A stretch of 64,000 bases of DNA, taken from contig OZ059897.1 in the NCBI GenBank assembly GCA_964057225.1, forward strand, positions 12,524,001-12,588,000, given 5' to 3'. The position numbers were made by a program, and so were the translations under genes. Below the pieces are notes generated by a model, which did no database searches, was not told the DNA's origin, and saw nothing but the letters and a program-made list of their open reading frames with translations. Origin of the DNA: Auanema rhodensis (lineage: Eukaryota > Animalia > Nematoda). Position 1 is the first letter of the stretch; every line of letters starts with the position of its first letter. This document shows positions 12,278 to 23,600 of the stretch, in pieces.

Positions 12278-15200
12278 TTAATAACGATATAACTTAGCCT
12301 GTTCTCGATTGGCTGAAGTTCGATGTTCTCCACCTAATGTGTAGTAGGCAGATGGGTCATTTGGATAAGATACGTATGGTTGCGTTGACGGTGGGCGGGT
12401 TGATGATGGTGGAGGAACACCAGGCAGGGTTTCCTCGTGCTGTTGCGATTTAGAGCCAACCTGGAACAAACAGATTTTTTGTTGTTGTCTATATGGTTGT
12501 CATCTTCTTTTATTTTATTTTCTATTTATGTCTTTACTACTCTCCACTTTTTTGCCAATCTATCGTTTCCTCCCCCCTTTTACTTTTTTCTCTCTTCTAC
12601 TTCTCTGCTACTTCTTCCTTTCGCTAATTTTCTAGTCTTTGGACCACAATCAATATTCTCAGCTATTTTTCGTTCTTAGAGATAAATGGAATAGGAGATG
12701 CCAAAGAGCAGAGAGAAAATCCTGATGTGTAGCGCTTTTTTGCCGGTGGCCTTATTCCTCAGTAGTAATTTATTTATTTTAAGTGTTGTTTGTTATGATA
12801 GTTTTTAGTTCAAATGTAAAAATCTCACCTTAGTATACCATTCGTGATATGTTGTTTCTCCTACTCCATCTGGAATTCCTTCTTGTTCTACTCCTGGTGG
12901 ACTTGGCTGGCCACTAGGCTTTGTTGAAGCAGTTGTAGTTTGTGAGTAATGTCGATGATAAGCGGCATTATCAAAACCCAATGGTGCTTTCTTCATTCCC
13001 ACTAAATAATGATAATTCTTGATTGTCCGGACGGTTTGCAAATGAAAAAAAAAAGAAAGAAAAAGCAATAACTCACTCGTTCCATATGGATAATTGGGTG
13101 GTGGAATAATTGGGTATGAACTCTGGAAATGAAAGAATAAATTGATTTGAAGGTAATACCAAACATACATAACGTCTTGAAGATCTACACTTGCAAATTA
13201 AACAGCATGTACAAGCAATAGCCAAAATAAGAAGAATTGAAGCACTTCCGATGATGACGATGTTACGTAAGAGGTCGGGAGACATAGAAGCTTCCATGAT
13301 TGGATTTTCTGAAAAAAAATTTATTTGGTATATATTAAGTTACATTTGCTTGGTTTCTATAAAATAAACAGAAAATTTGATAACTTACCAATTTCTTTAG
13401 CTTTCACAGTGCTTGCCTCGATAGCTAAGTCGCCAATCTTTCCACGAATAGCATTCTCTTCTAATAAGCTCTTAATTTCAATTGGACGAGGTACAGACTT
13501 AGTTGAGAGAACCTGAAAAAAAGAAAAACCATTTAGATTCAACTATTTTAGTATGTTTTACTTCAAACTCAGCGATAACGGATCCCTTTGAGTATTCGAA
13601 GATCTTGGATACCTGCATTCCCTTCCATCTTTTATCGAGCATACCATTGATCTGGAGAAAACAAATTACTTAACACGAAAACAAGTTTTTTCAAACTTAC
13701 AGCTGAGGAGACTTGTTTAGTGAAGCTCTGATAGTATTCCGTTTGAGGATCAGCAAGAGCTGGGATATATTCGCGATTAAGAATACGCACCCAGAGACGG
13801 TAGCGAGATTTAACTGGTTCAGTAGGTTCGTAAACAGTGTAAGCTGAAACAAGAATTGTATCAGAAGTCGTTACATTCGATGACGTCAAATTACCTGGTT
13901 TCTTAATAAGAGGTGGCATCTGAACTGTTGGCTTAATAAATGGAACATTGGATGAGTCAACAGGTTCATTAGGAAGACTGGTTGTAGTAGTGACTGGCTT
14001 CTTCTTTTCTGGAGTCTTCTCAGCAATCTTTTCGGTAACTTTCTCAACTGTAGTCTGGGTGGTTGGTGGAGCAGAGGTTTCTGTAGTTGTGGTGGATGTC
14101 TGTCCAACAGTTGTGAGAGTTTTATCAACAGAGCAAGTTCCCAAGCAGATCTGAATAGATAAACTTGAAAAGTGTGGATTTAGAATATTATATTTCTACC
14201 TTGTTATTGCTTACAACAGGTGTATCAGCATGCTTACGTAATTCGCCATTCTTCTCAATAATTCCAGAACTTGGAGTATATAGAAGATATACACACTTTT
14301 GAAGATTAATATCATCTTTATCTTCACTGAATAATTCACGAGAGAAGTTAGCAATGAGAATTCCTTCATTATATAATGTCTGAAAATTAATTAATTCAAT
14401 TATTCCATATATATTAAAAAAAAAAAAACTTCAAAAAACATACCTCAACATCAAAAATATCTTGCTGTTCATCAACAACTGGTCTACCGTAATGAGGCAT
14501 GAACTGATCAGTTACTGTAGCTAGCCCATCTTGACTTCCCATGATGATAACATCAGATTGAGCCATGCTTCCATCGATGGAGAATCCAAGTGCAGACCAT
14601 TCGTTTTCATTGAGAGAAGTTTTAACTGTGAATCGAGCAGTGGTTCCATCACTCATCCAAGATATAACGTATGAGCACTCTTCACCCTTACATCCATCAG
14701 GATGAGAATAGGTTCCAGTGCAAGTTGATTGTGTAACATGAATTCCATGCTCGGTTGGCTCAACCTTCTTATCTATAAATGAACAACTTTAATTGGTATT
14801 CTTCAACTTATAATTTACCTTCGAAGAAGTCAATACTTAATACTCCACGTTGATTCTTTCCGTGATATTTGAAAAATCCTGGGGCAAAGAAGTTTGGATC
14901 AGCCTGAATAGCTGGGCCTCCAGTAGTATGTTGGTAATTTTCAGGATCAGCTCCCTTAGACCAAATAACTGTCATAGGTCCAGGTGTGATGGAGTGATCA
15001 TACTTATCCGAGCCTAGAATGCTCACAATGATTCTGCTAATTTCAGTTGATGTTTCTTACTCTTTAATTTTCTTCTGAACACAACAGTTGTGATTCCATC
15101 TTCATAGAAGGCAGCAGAAGATTCTAACGTATCTTCTCCACCAAAGAAACTGTCAGGTCTTGGAGTAGCCTTGCTTGGAGAGTAGAAGTCTTTTACACGT

Positions 15201-18200
15201 CCACGTCCATCAACAACAGCTCCAACAACCATGTCCGTACATTCCATAGCATTACCTAAGATATATAACATAGTAAATCATGTTAATATATCAACAATAT
15301 TATTAGAAGTTAATACTTAATTCAAATTTAATTTTTCACGTAATCTACACTTGCAAACTATTTTAATATCATTTTCATCTATGTTGCTGATGCAAACGGT
15401 TGTTCTCTCTTCGTTTTCGCGCTTTGGAAGCTTAATTGATATTATTTCCTAATCTAATAAAATTTTTTCGAGCATATCAAGAAAATTTGTCATACTCCGC
15501 ACTTTTATCAGTTTTCTATGAAACGTTTCAGCATAAATAAATTGAAGCTTACCACGTTTAGGATTTGGTGGCTGGACAGCAGCTTGTCTACGGACTCTGA
15601 CCCGAATCGGCGCCTTATCAGTGGTTATTGATACTCCTTTTTCATCACAGAGACAGATCTTGTTGGTGCTAACGCGTGGCTGGTACAAATCATGATAACC
15701 TGCAAACATCCTCGATCGTACTTAATGAGACCTCTTTGAAACACTGGTTAAAATTTCGAGAAAAGATTCTTATCAAAGTACTTTCGATGTACATGAGGAT
15801 ATTCCAAGAATTTTGAAATCAAATCTAATCAGCTAACCAATGGCACGAAAGATGGTACGAAAAATTAAAAAAAAGGGGAAATTAACGTTTTTCGTTATTT
15901 ATTTAACAAAAAAAACTTACCGATTGGAGTACGTGGATTAGTGAAGTCGCTGCTCTTCTTAGCAATTACACGCCCACCACCAATTGGATACATGAAATAA
16001 TAGCATTCATCAAGTGGGAAATCAGTCAAAGGATCAGAAGTTATAACTTTTCTCTTGAAGGATATTGTCTAAAAATACTGATTTAGAAACAGAGCTGCCT
16101 AAAGCATTTGAACCTGCATGTCTTCAATCATTGAACCACCGATATCATAGATATCTTGACGATCAGCTGGATCAATTGCAGGAAGTTGTCGTCCATAAGC
16201 AAAACGATCAGTTACAAATGCTTTATTTTCATAAACCCATCCGGTGTATATGTCACTGTTGGCCATTTGTCCATCTCTGAAATAGTCATGAAAATTATGA
16301 ATTCAAACTATTATCTTCATACTTAGAGAATCCAATTCCAGTCCATCTTCCCATATTTCTGCTAGAAATATTGAATTGAACTTCCTTGTTATCAGAAATA
16401 TATTTCCATCTAGCAATGTACTCGCATTCAGAATCTTGACAGTCAAGAGGATATCTATATTCTGTTTCGCATTTAGCTTGATTGCCAGCTGAAATTTATT
16501 TTTGAGATATGAGAGGTTTTTAAATTATTTTCTTACAGTTCACAGGCTTCTTGTCTTCATTGCAGTTACGGATACATACTTGTCTATCGGATACAAGAGG
16601 AGTGTCAGAATGAATTGTGACGTTTCCACTCTGTTAACATATTATTTTAAAATTAAATTCATTTCTATAAGTACTTACCTCATCGAGTTTACCACCAGAA
16701 ACTGGGAACATGAGCTTCCAGCATTCAGATGAGAATTGCTTGTCGGCTTCATCTCCAGTATCACGTTTGCGGATGAATTGAGCACGAAGAAGCCCATTCT
16801 CATGTGTTCCAACAACAGAGGTAACATCATTCTTTTCGTCAAGTTTTGGAGCTCCATATCCTTCACTGGTCATATCGTGAACAGATAATACTCCGTTGAA
16901 GGATTTGACAATAATCATATCAGCTCCCACCATAGTTCCATCAGCACTAAATCCGACACCGGTCCATGAGTTAACATCCATCTTAGTTTCCAAAGAGAAT
17001 TCAATCTCATCAGAGTCTTCAACATAATTCCAATTCAACTTATACTGACAATCTAATTGGCATCCAGCGGGGAAACGGAATTCTCCATAACAAACATCTC
17101 CATCAACTTTAGGCTTGAGCTCACGTTTAGGAGTTGTTCGTGTAGCTGTAGTAGTAGTTACAGCAGGCTTTGATGTTGTAGTAGGAGAATCTAATTCACA
17201 ATCTCCCCAGTAGACACAGATTCCTTGAGAGTTTCTGGCATACCCTTGCAAGCAAGCACAACCTGGTTCTGAACACTTGGTACATTCATCTCGGGTGAAA
17301 ATTGTTTGACAATCAGCTTCACATAAGTTTCCACATTCGTTGATTGTTTCGTTAACAGCACAAGTTAATGGAACAATAGGTACAGATTTGGAGTGAGATG
17401 TGGTCATGGTGGTTGGAATAGTAGTTGTGCTTTCAGCTCGGACTTCTACAGTAACTGGCTGAGAACTCTTAACAACTTCAGTGGATGCTTCGGATTCATC
17501 ATTGTGGAAGTGAGTTTCCAAATCAGGACAATCTCCCCAATAGATGCATTGTCCATTGTGGCGAACATAGTTATCAGCACAAGTACAATCAGGCTTTTCA
17601 CAACTAGCTGGGCATGGAGCAGTGTCATACATGTTGGCACAGCTAGGTTCGCAAGCTGTTCCACACTTAGCAAAAGTAGAGTTAGCAGGACATGAAGGCT
17701 CTTGCTAAAAATTTATATTTTAATAATTGTATTTATTTATTTCAAAGTTATACCTCTTTATCGCAAAAATCGAATGGTACGCAAGCATCTTCCTCATTTG
17801 TCATACGGACGTAACCTTCTTTGCAAATACATCTTGGGGTTCCACATTGTCTTGGACAGTTTGGAATAGTCTCTGGGAAACGAGTCCAATCACATGAAGC
17901 TTCACAATCACGAGAAGTTTCAGCACATTCAGTCCAAACTTCATTTGGTCCACATTGCTCACCTATAGATAAATTAAATAATAAACAAGTTATATATACG
18001 GTATGGTACCACTATCTTTGGTTTCATGTTCGATAGCTGATTGGACTACGGTATTATTATTTTGGAAAACATGATGTTCAGGAACCTTGATTTCGATTTT
18101 CTTGAGATGAGCTTTAGCTGGAACGATATGAGCATGATATGTTATGTTTATAAATAAACATACGATCTTCCTGTGGAATCATGCTTTCACAAACATAATC

Positions 18201-20657
18201 AACTGGCTTAAACCCAATAGCAGCCCAGGATTGTCCAGGATAGCGTAAAACCATTTCAATTTCGTTCTGAAAATCCGATCTCTGTTATCAAAAACTTTTT
18301 TTTGAATTGTAAGCTATACACTTACTCTTAGAATTCTCCAAAAAATCTTATTATCTTTAGCTTCTCTCATATTATACAGAGACTCGTCAAAATCAGACAA
18401 AGAACGGAAAACGGTTGATTCTAAAATGATGTTTTCAGTTAATTTGTGTTCTGTTTAGTTGACTGTTAACCTTTTTCACAACGTACTCCATGTCGTTCAC
18501 TTGGGCAATAGCATTGTGTTCTTGGATCATCAGCATTCTTCTTGCAAACTCCTTGAACTCCACAATCATCATTTGAAGTACATTCTTCTATAAATAGATG
18601 TTTCGTTATTTATTGCTAATTTCCAATTCTTTCATTATTTGTTATTCAAAAAACAAATGACTAACCAGCATATTGACATTGGCTACCAGAATATCCACTA
18701 TCACAAATGCATTTTCCGCCAATTCTTTTACCTCGTGTAAGACATGAATCACCATCGGGAATTGCTGCAATTTAGATATTTGTCATCAGTTTCATTTAAC
18801 ATGTTTCAACTTTACAAATAGTTTGTTAAAAGTTTTTTTCATTTTATACGAACAGCATATTTGCTCTAAAGATATTTTTCATTTTAATGCTAACGTTCGA
18901 CAGATGTAAAGCGTAATATCAGGGTACAGAAGTGGTTGAACAAGAAGGGAAGAGAGGGAGGGGGGTGGTGGCTGCTAAAATGACCGACCCAAATTTGACA
19001 ACACTTTCTATCGTCGTTCAACACCATGTATAATGTCTTAGGTCAAGAAAATTTCGTTTATTGTTCAAATTCTCTTGGTACATAGCCAGCCGATGACTAG
19101 ACACGCTTTTGGCGTTGTCTTTTACAAAAAAACGACATCGTTCAAGTTTTTGACGACACAGTCTTCATCATAGACGACGTCTGTGGTCAGCGCTCATAAT
19201 GCTGTTCACTCCAGTAATTGTCATTGACCATAAAATCATATAAAATTGCATTTGTTCTTTTGAATACATGTATCAAATAGAAAAAAAGGTGATTCTATGC
19301 ATTCAATAGCTTAATTTTGCAAAAAAACAGTTGGAAAAACTTTTGAAAAATCACGATAGAGTCACATAAAAATCATTATATTGGGTGAAATTATGTTTTT
19401 GAGGAAGATTTGTAGTATTTTTATGAATAATTTTAGTTCAAGTTGTATTTTTTGAAGTGTTAATCTATAATACCTTTAACGATATTGACATCAGCACAAC
19501 TGTAGAAAAAGTATTCTTCACCATATTCGGTAGCTTGATGAGTCAAACGAATGGCACAGTTCATACACTCAAAATGAGCTGGTAACTCAACAGTTTTAGA
19601 TGATTGTCTGAAGGTAATTCCATAAAAATTTTTTAAAATATCTGAAAAGTTCTTACGTGATATTGTATTCATCACGGAAATTGGCAAATATAGCAATAGG
19701 CTCATCCAAAGCATTCAATACTTCCAATCGGATTCCTCCCTAAAATAGTAAATATGATCATAACTCCTATTCATTGATTTATTAGAGTTACATAACTCAT
19801 AAGTTTCATAGTTTGATTATATAACAATTTATTATTAGTTGGTTGATTTAAGATCTTTATGAGATTTAAGTAATAAGAGACCAACGATATAGTAACGGCC
19901 TCCAGAATAACCTTGGCCTATGAGGGAGAGCTAAGCCTAACTAGTTGCGGAATAGATCAGAGATAAAGATAGATAAAGATAGTTAACATTGTCTCTTTAT
20001 ACTATTCTTTTGGTATATAAACTAACTATTATAAAGAGCATTTTTTGGATATTTTATAGACATTCATATAGTTGATACGTCATATGTAACTAATAAATGA
20101 AAATTTGAAAACGAATAAAGAAATATTTGAAAAAATTATTTTAATTAAATAAATTAAAAATTTTATTTGGGTCTTAATTAGTAAAATAACTTACCATATG
20201 TGGAATTGCTGTAAACCATTCGATATCAACAATTGAACCAGATTCCAAGAATGTTCGGACACCTAGAACAATGCTTTAAAGAAAAATTAAATTTTTTTTT
20301 CCATAGATTTGACCAAAAGATTGAAAAATTACAATACTTATGCAATAATTTCTTGAATAGAACATATAATTTATTTTTTTCTCAAATGTTATAAGGTCAT
20401 CTTCAATAGAAGAAGTAAAACTTAAAGAAAGAATGAATACTATTTTCTTTGAAAAAGAAGAAAAATCTGATGAATCTTCAGAGATACTTACCATCATTGG
20501 CACCGGGCTTAGGTAGACCACATGCTCCTTGAGAGTTGTGATTAGAAAAATAATCAAGAGAAGGTGAACGAGCTGCTGGATAAGTTAATCGAACATGACT
20601 ATATGCTTGAGCTATTAATAGCAATAAGAGAAATGGTAATGAGAGCCTCCACGGCAT
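12278..20657 (-). CDS. Type I membrane protein, ~1,700 aa: signal peptide, His-brace LPMO-like domain, 2xEGF, split DOMON enclosing 3xTIL and 2xDOMON, a fourth DOMON, S/T-rich stalk, SEA, TM and cytoplasmic tail
   Basis: ATG at 20657 directly follows a TTCCAG acceptor. N-terminus MPWRLSLPFLLLLLIAQAYS|HVRLTYPAAR; EGF CICDSGYSGSQC; TIL CGPNEVWTEC, CPANSTFAKCGTACEPSC and CAVNETINEC. DOMON cores WTGVGFSADGTMVGAD, WTGIGFSKDGQMANSD, WSALGFSIDGSMAQSD, and WAAIGFKP...AMECTD. SEA with KGSVIAEF; TM IVIIGSASILLILAIACTCCLI; stop taken from ORF 12278-12469. The last exon is less certain. From memory it resembles C. elegans C09F9.2 (unverified). Confidence 0.9.
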
Positions 20658-23600
20658 CTGGAATTATTTTTTAGTTTAACAAACTGAATAATAAACATTT
20701 AAAAAGATAAGAAACAATCATTTATCACTTAGAAATCAGCACTTAAATCACGAAAAAAACACTTAAGGATGAAAATTGTTCTAAGTTTCCTATAATGGAA
20801 GTTCAGGTTTAAAGTGCTAAACACAAATATTTTGGAACTTCTATTGATGAATAATGAAAAAAAAAGGAAAAAAAATTGTTTGAAGGTGATTAAGTTTAGA
20901 ATACTTGTTGTCATTATTAAAATTATAGATATGTAAGTAAGAATGGTTAACTTTTAAATATATTTTTATGGTAAATAAAATAGTTTTGAGAAGTTTTTTT
21001 AAATAAAAAAGAAAGAAAAGAAAATATCTTAAAAGCTTTTGGTATAAGAATAAGAAAAAAACAGGAATACTATTTTGAAACATGCAAAGTTATAGGAAGG
21101 ATTTCGAAAACATTTAGGGATTTAATAATTTCTTTTGTTTGTTATTGAATTGGGAAGGATGATGAAGACATACTAGCAGTTTATAGGAGGATATACTATG
21201 AATCTGTGAACAGATCCATAATAGGTAGTATAGTAAAATTGAAAATGACCATAAACTATATGTATATAGATAGATAGATATATGCTAGTAGTAATTGTCG
21301 TTTTGTATCAAAATCTAGTATATATTACACAATCGTATAACTTCAAATATTAAAATTTATATGATTGTACATATATGTACTGAAATAATTATAAATAAGT
21401 CTCAAAGCACAATATGAGTTTCATGTTAAAGGAGAGAATCGGACAATTCTTACCGATCAGAATGATCTCATGTGGACGTGGAGATGAGGTTAGAAGGGAG
21501 GGAAGAGATAGTCCGAGGTCTCGAAGAAACAAACTGAGGAAGACTTGCGCAAGCATTTTATCAAGGACGCGAGAAGATAGAAGTAATAGATAAAAGCGGA
21601 AGATGAGAGAGTAAAGTAGAGGTTATGATGATGATGGTGGTTACCCTGATCCTATAAGATTTGAGGAATATGAGCATTTAAAGAAAATCTCAATAATTTG
21701 CAAGGATAAACAGAGAAGAGTACTATGAAAAGTTAAAGGAACATGGCATGAAAGAAGAAATAAAAATGAAATGATTATTTCGATTCAAAATTATGAGCAA
21801 TAGACTAATAGATTTTAGAAGAAGCAAATGAGGTAGTCGGGATCAGCTTCGCTCCACCCATGATAATTTAAAATTTAATTAGCTTTTCCTTTAAAAAAAG
21901 TTTTAAAAAAGTCTTATAAAATTATTGATAATTAGATAATTATAAGAAGAAAAAATGAATATACATAGACATATCCTCATATAAAAAGAGATAAAATGAT
22001 AAAAGTACGCGATTGCATTGATGATTATCTGAGAGAACATATCGTTCATTCATCAAACACTAATCACTACTAATTATCAACGACATCTGGCTAAATCTGT
22101 CAGAAATTTCAGGAAGATGAAAAGAAAAACGGTGATGATGGACAGTAAACCGGACAGGAATTGTATAGTTAATGATAACACTAAGAAAATAACTATAAAC
22201 TGATTGAGGAAAATAGAATACAAGCCCTTAAGCATAATTATTCTGAATAAAAATACTTGACGATAGAAATTCTCGAAATGTGCTTCTTATACTGGCGGAA
22301 CTGATTTCATACAGAAGATACAATAAGAAGTTCCAGTATATACGCTGAAAGTTTTTGAAAGCCAAACAAACTGAAGTGAACAAGACATCATTAGAACAAT
22401 TCCATCAACATCCTCATCATATTTCAAAGTTTTTTTTCTTTTGAATGAAAGTAGATAATTACTTTAACTACACAACGTAAATTGTTAACTTTTAAGTTTT
22501 GACATGTACCAACAAATAAGATAATTATATTTTAAAAGAGAAGGTCTATGAGATGATTTGTATTATGCTTAACTAATTATATATTTTATTTTCTGTTTGA
22601 TCTGTTTGAAAAAAAACAAAGCTCATGCAAAAGCTGTCTTAAAGAAAAAAAATTTGTTAAGAAAAAAATAAAAAATAAAAAATTGCAATATTTCATGTAG
22701 TTCTTCGTGTCTATCTTACCTCACTCTTCCACTTTCTGTAACCGTTTAAGTCAAAAATAAGAGGTGGATTAAGAACCGTCTTTACAATAGAAATCTGCCG
22801 ATCGGTAAAAGACAAAAGATTTTGCATTTTTTAGAAAGCGAGAACCATTTATCCTAACTATCTATTCTTTTAATCTTGAAGAGCCTCGTCCTTTTTTACA
22901 CGAACAACGGTTTGACAGGTTTAGATTAGAAAAACCGGGAAAGTCTCAAGATCGGCAAACTATATATTTATCGGATTTACTTGTCAAGATAACTAAACCT
23001 ATTAAATATAGCATCTCATAAATGACCTTATCTGGCTTTCATCAAGTTCCTATTTCCCATGGGGACTGTTGATGCCTTTAATATCATATTACTACTATAT
23101 GGTTATAAATAGTTAATAAGTAGAATTGTCTTGATTTATAACTATCTTCAGATATATTTTTCAAGAGAGAAAAAGTTATAATGAAAAAAGATAAAGAAGG
23201 GAAAAATGGAGAAAACATGGTAAAGAAGTCTTCGAAATGACGAATAGAAGGTCAAGGCTTCAAATCTTTATGGGATACAACATGACTGAGATAACATGAA
23301 TTTAAATAGGAGAGCTTTAAAATCGTTTCAAAACAGAAAAAAATAATTTTCAGATATCTTTTTCATCCTATTACATCTCTTACAATTAAAATATTTGGAT
23401 CATCTTCATACGATATCATTTCTTACCAACAACCAAAAAATTGGAAAATAAAAGAATAATTTCAATATCGTTATGGTTAGTTGTTAAAGTTTAAATGCAT
23501 ATCTTCTTTAATTATATGTCTATTGCTATTAAAGAATATTCACAAAGCTTTTCTATTCTAAAAATTTCACATCTTTTCACAATAGTTGTATAAAGGACAT

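Noticed and set aside
21100-22400. Purine-rich block resembling a decayed retroelement
   Set aside because: No gag, RT or integrase motifs and no terminal repeats could be identified.
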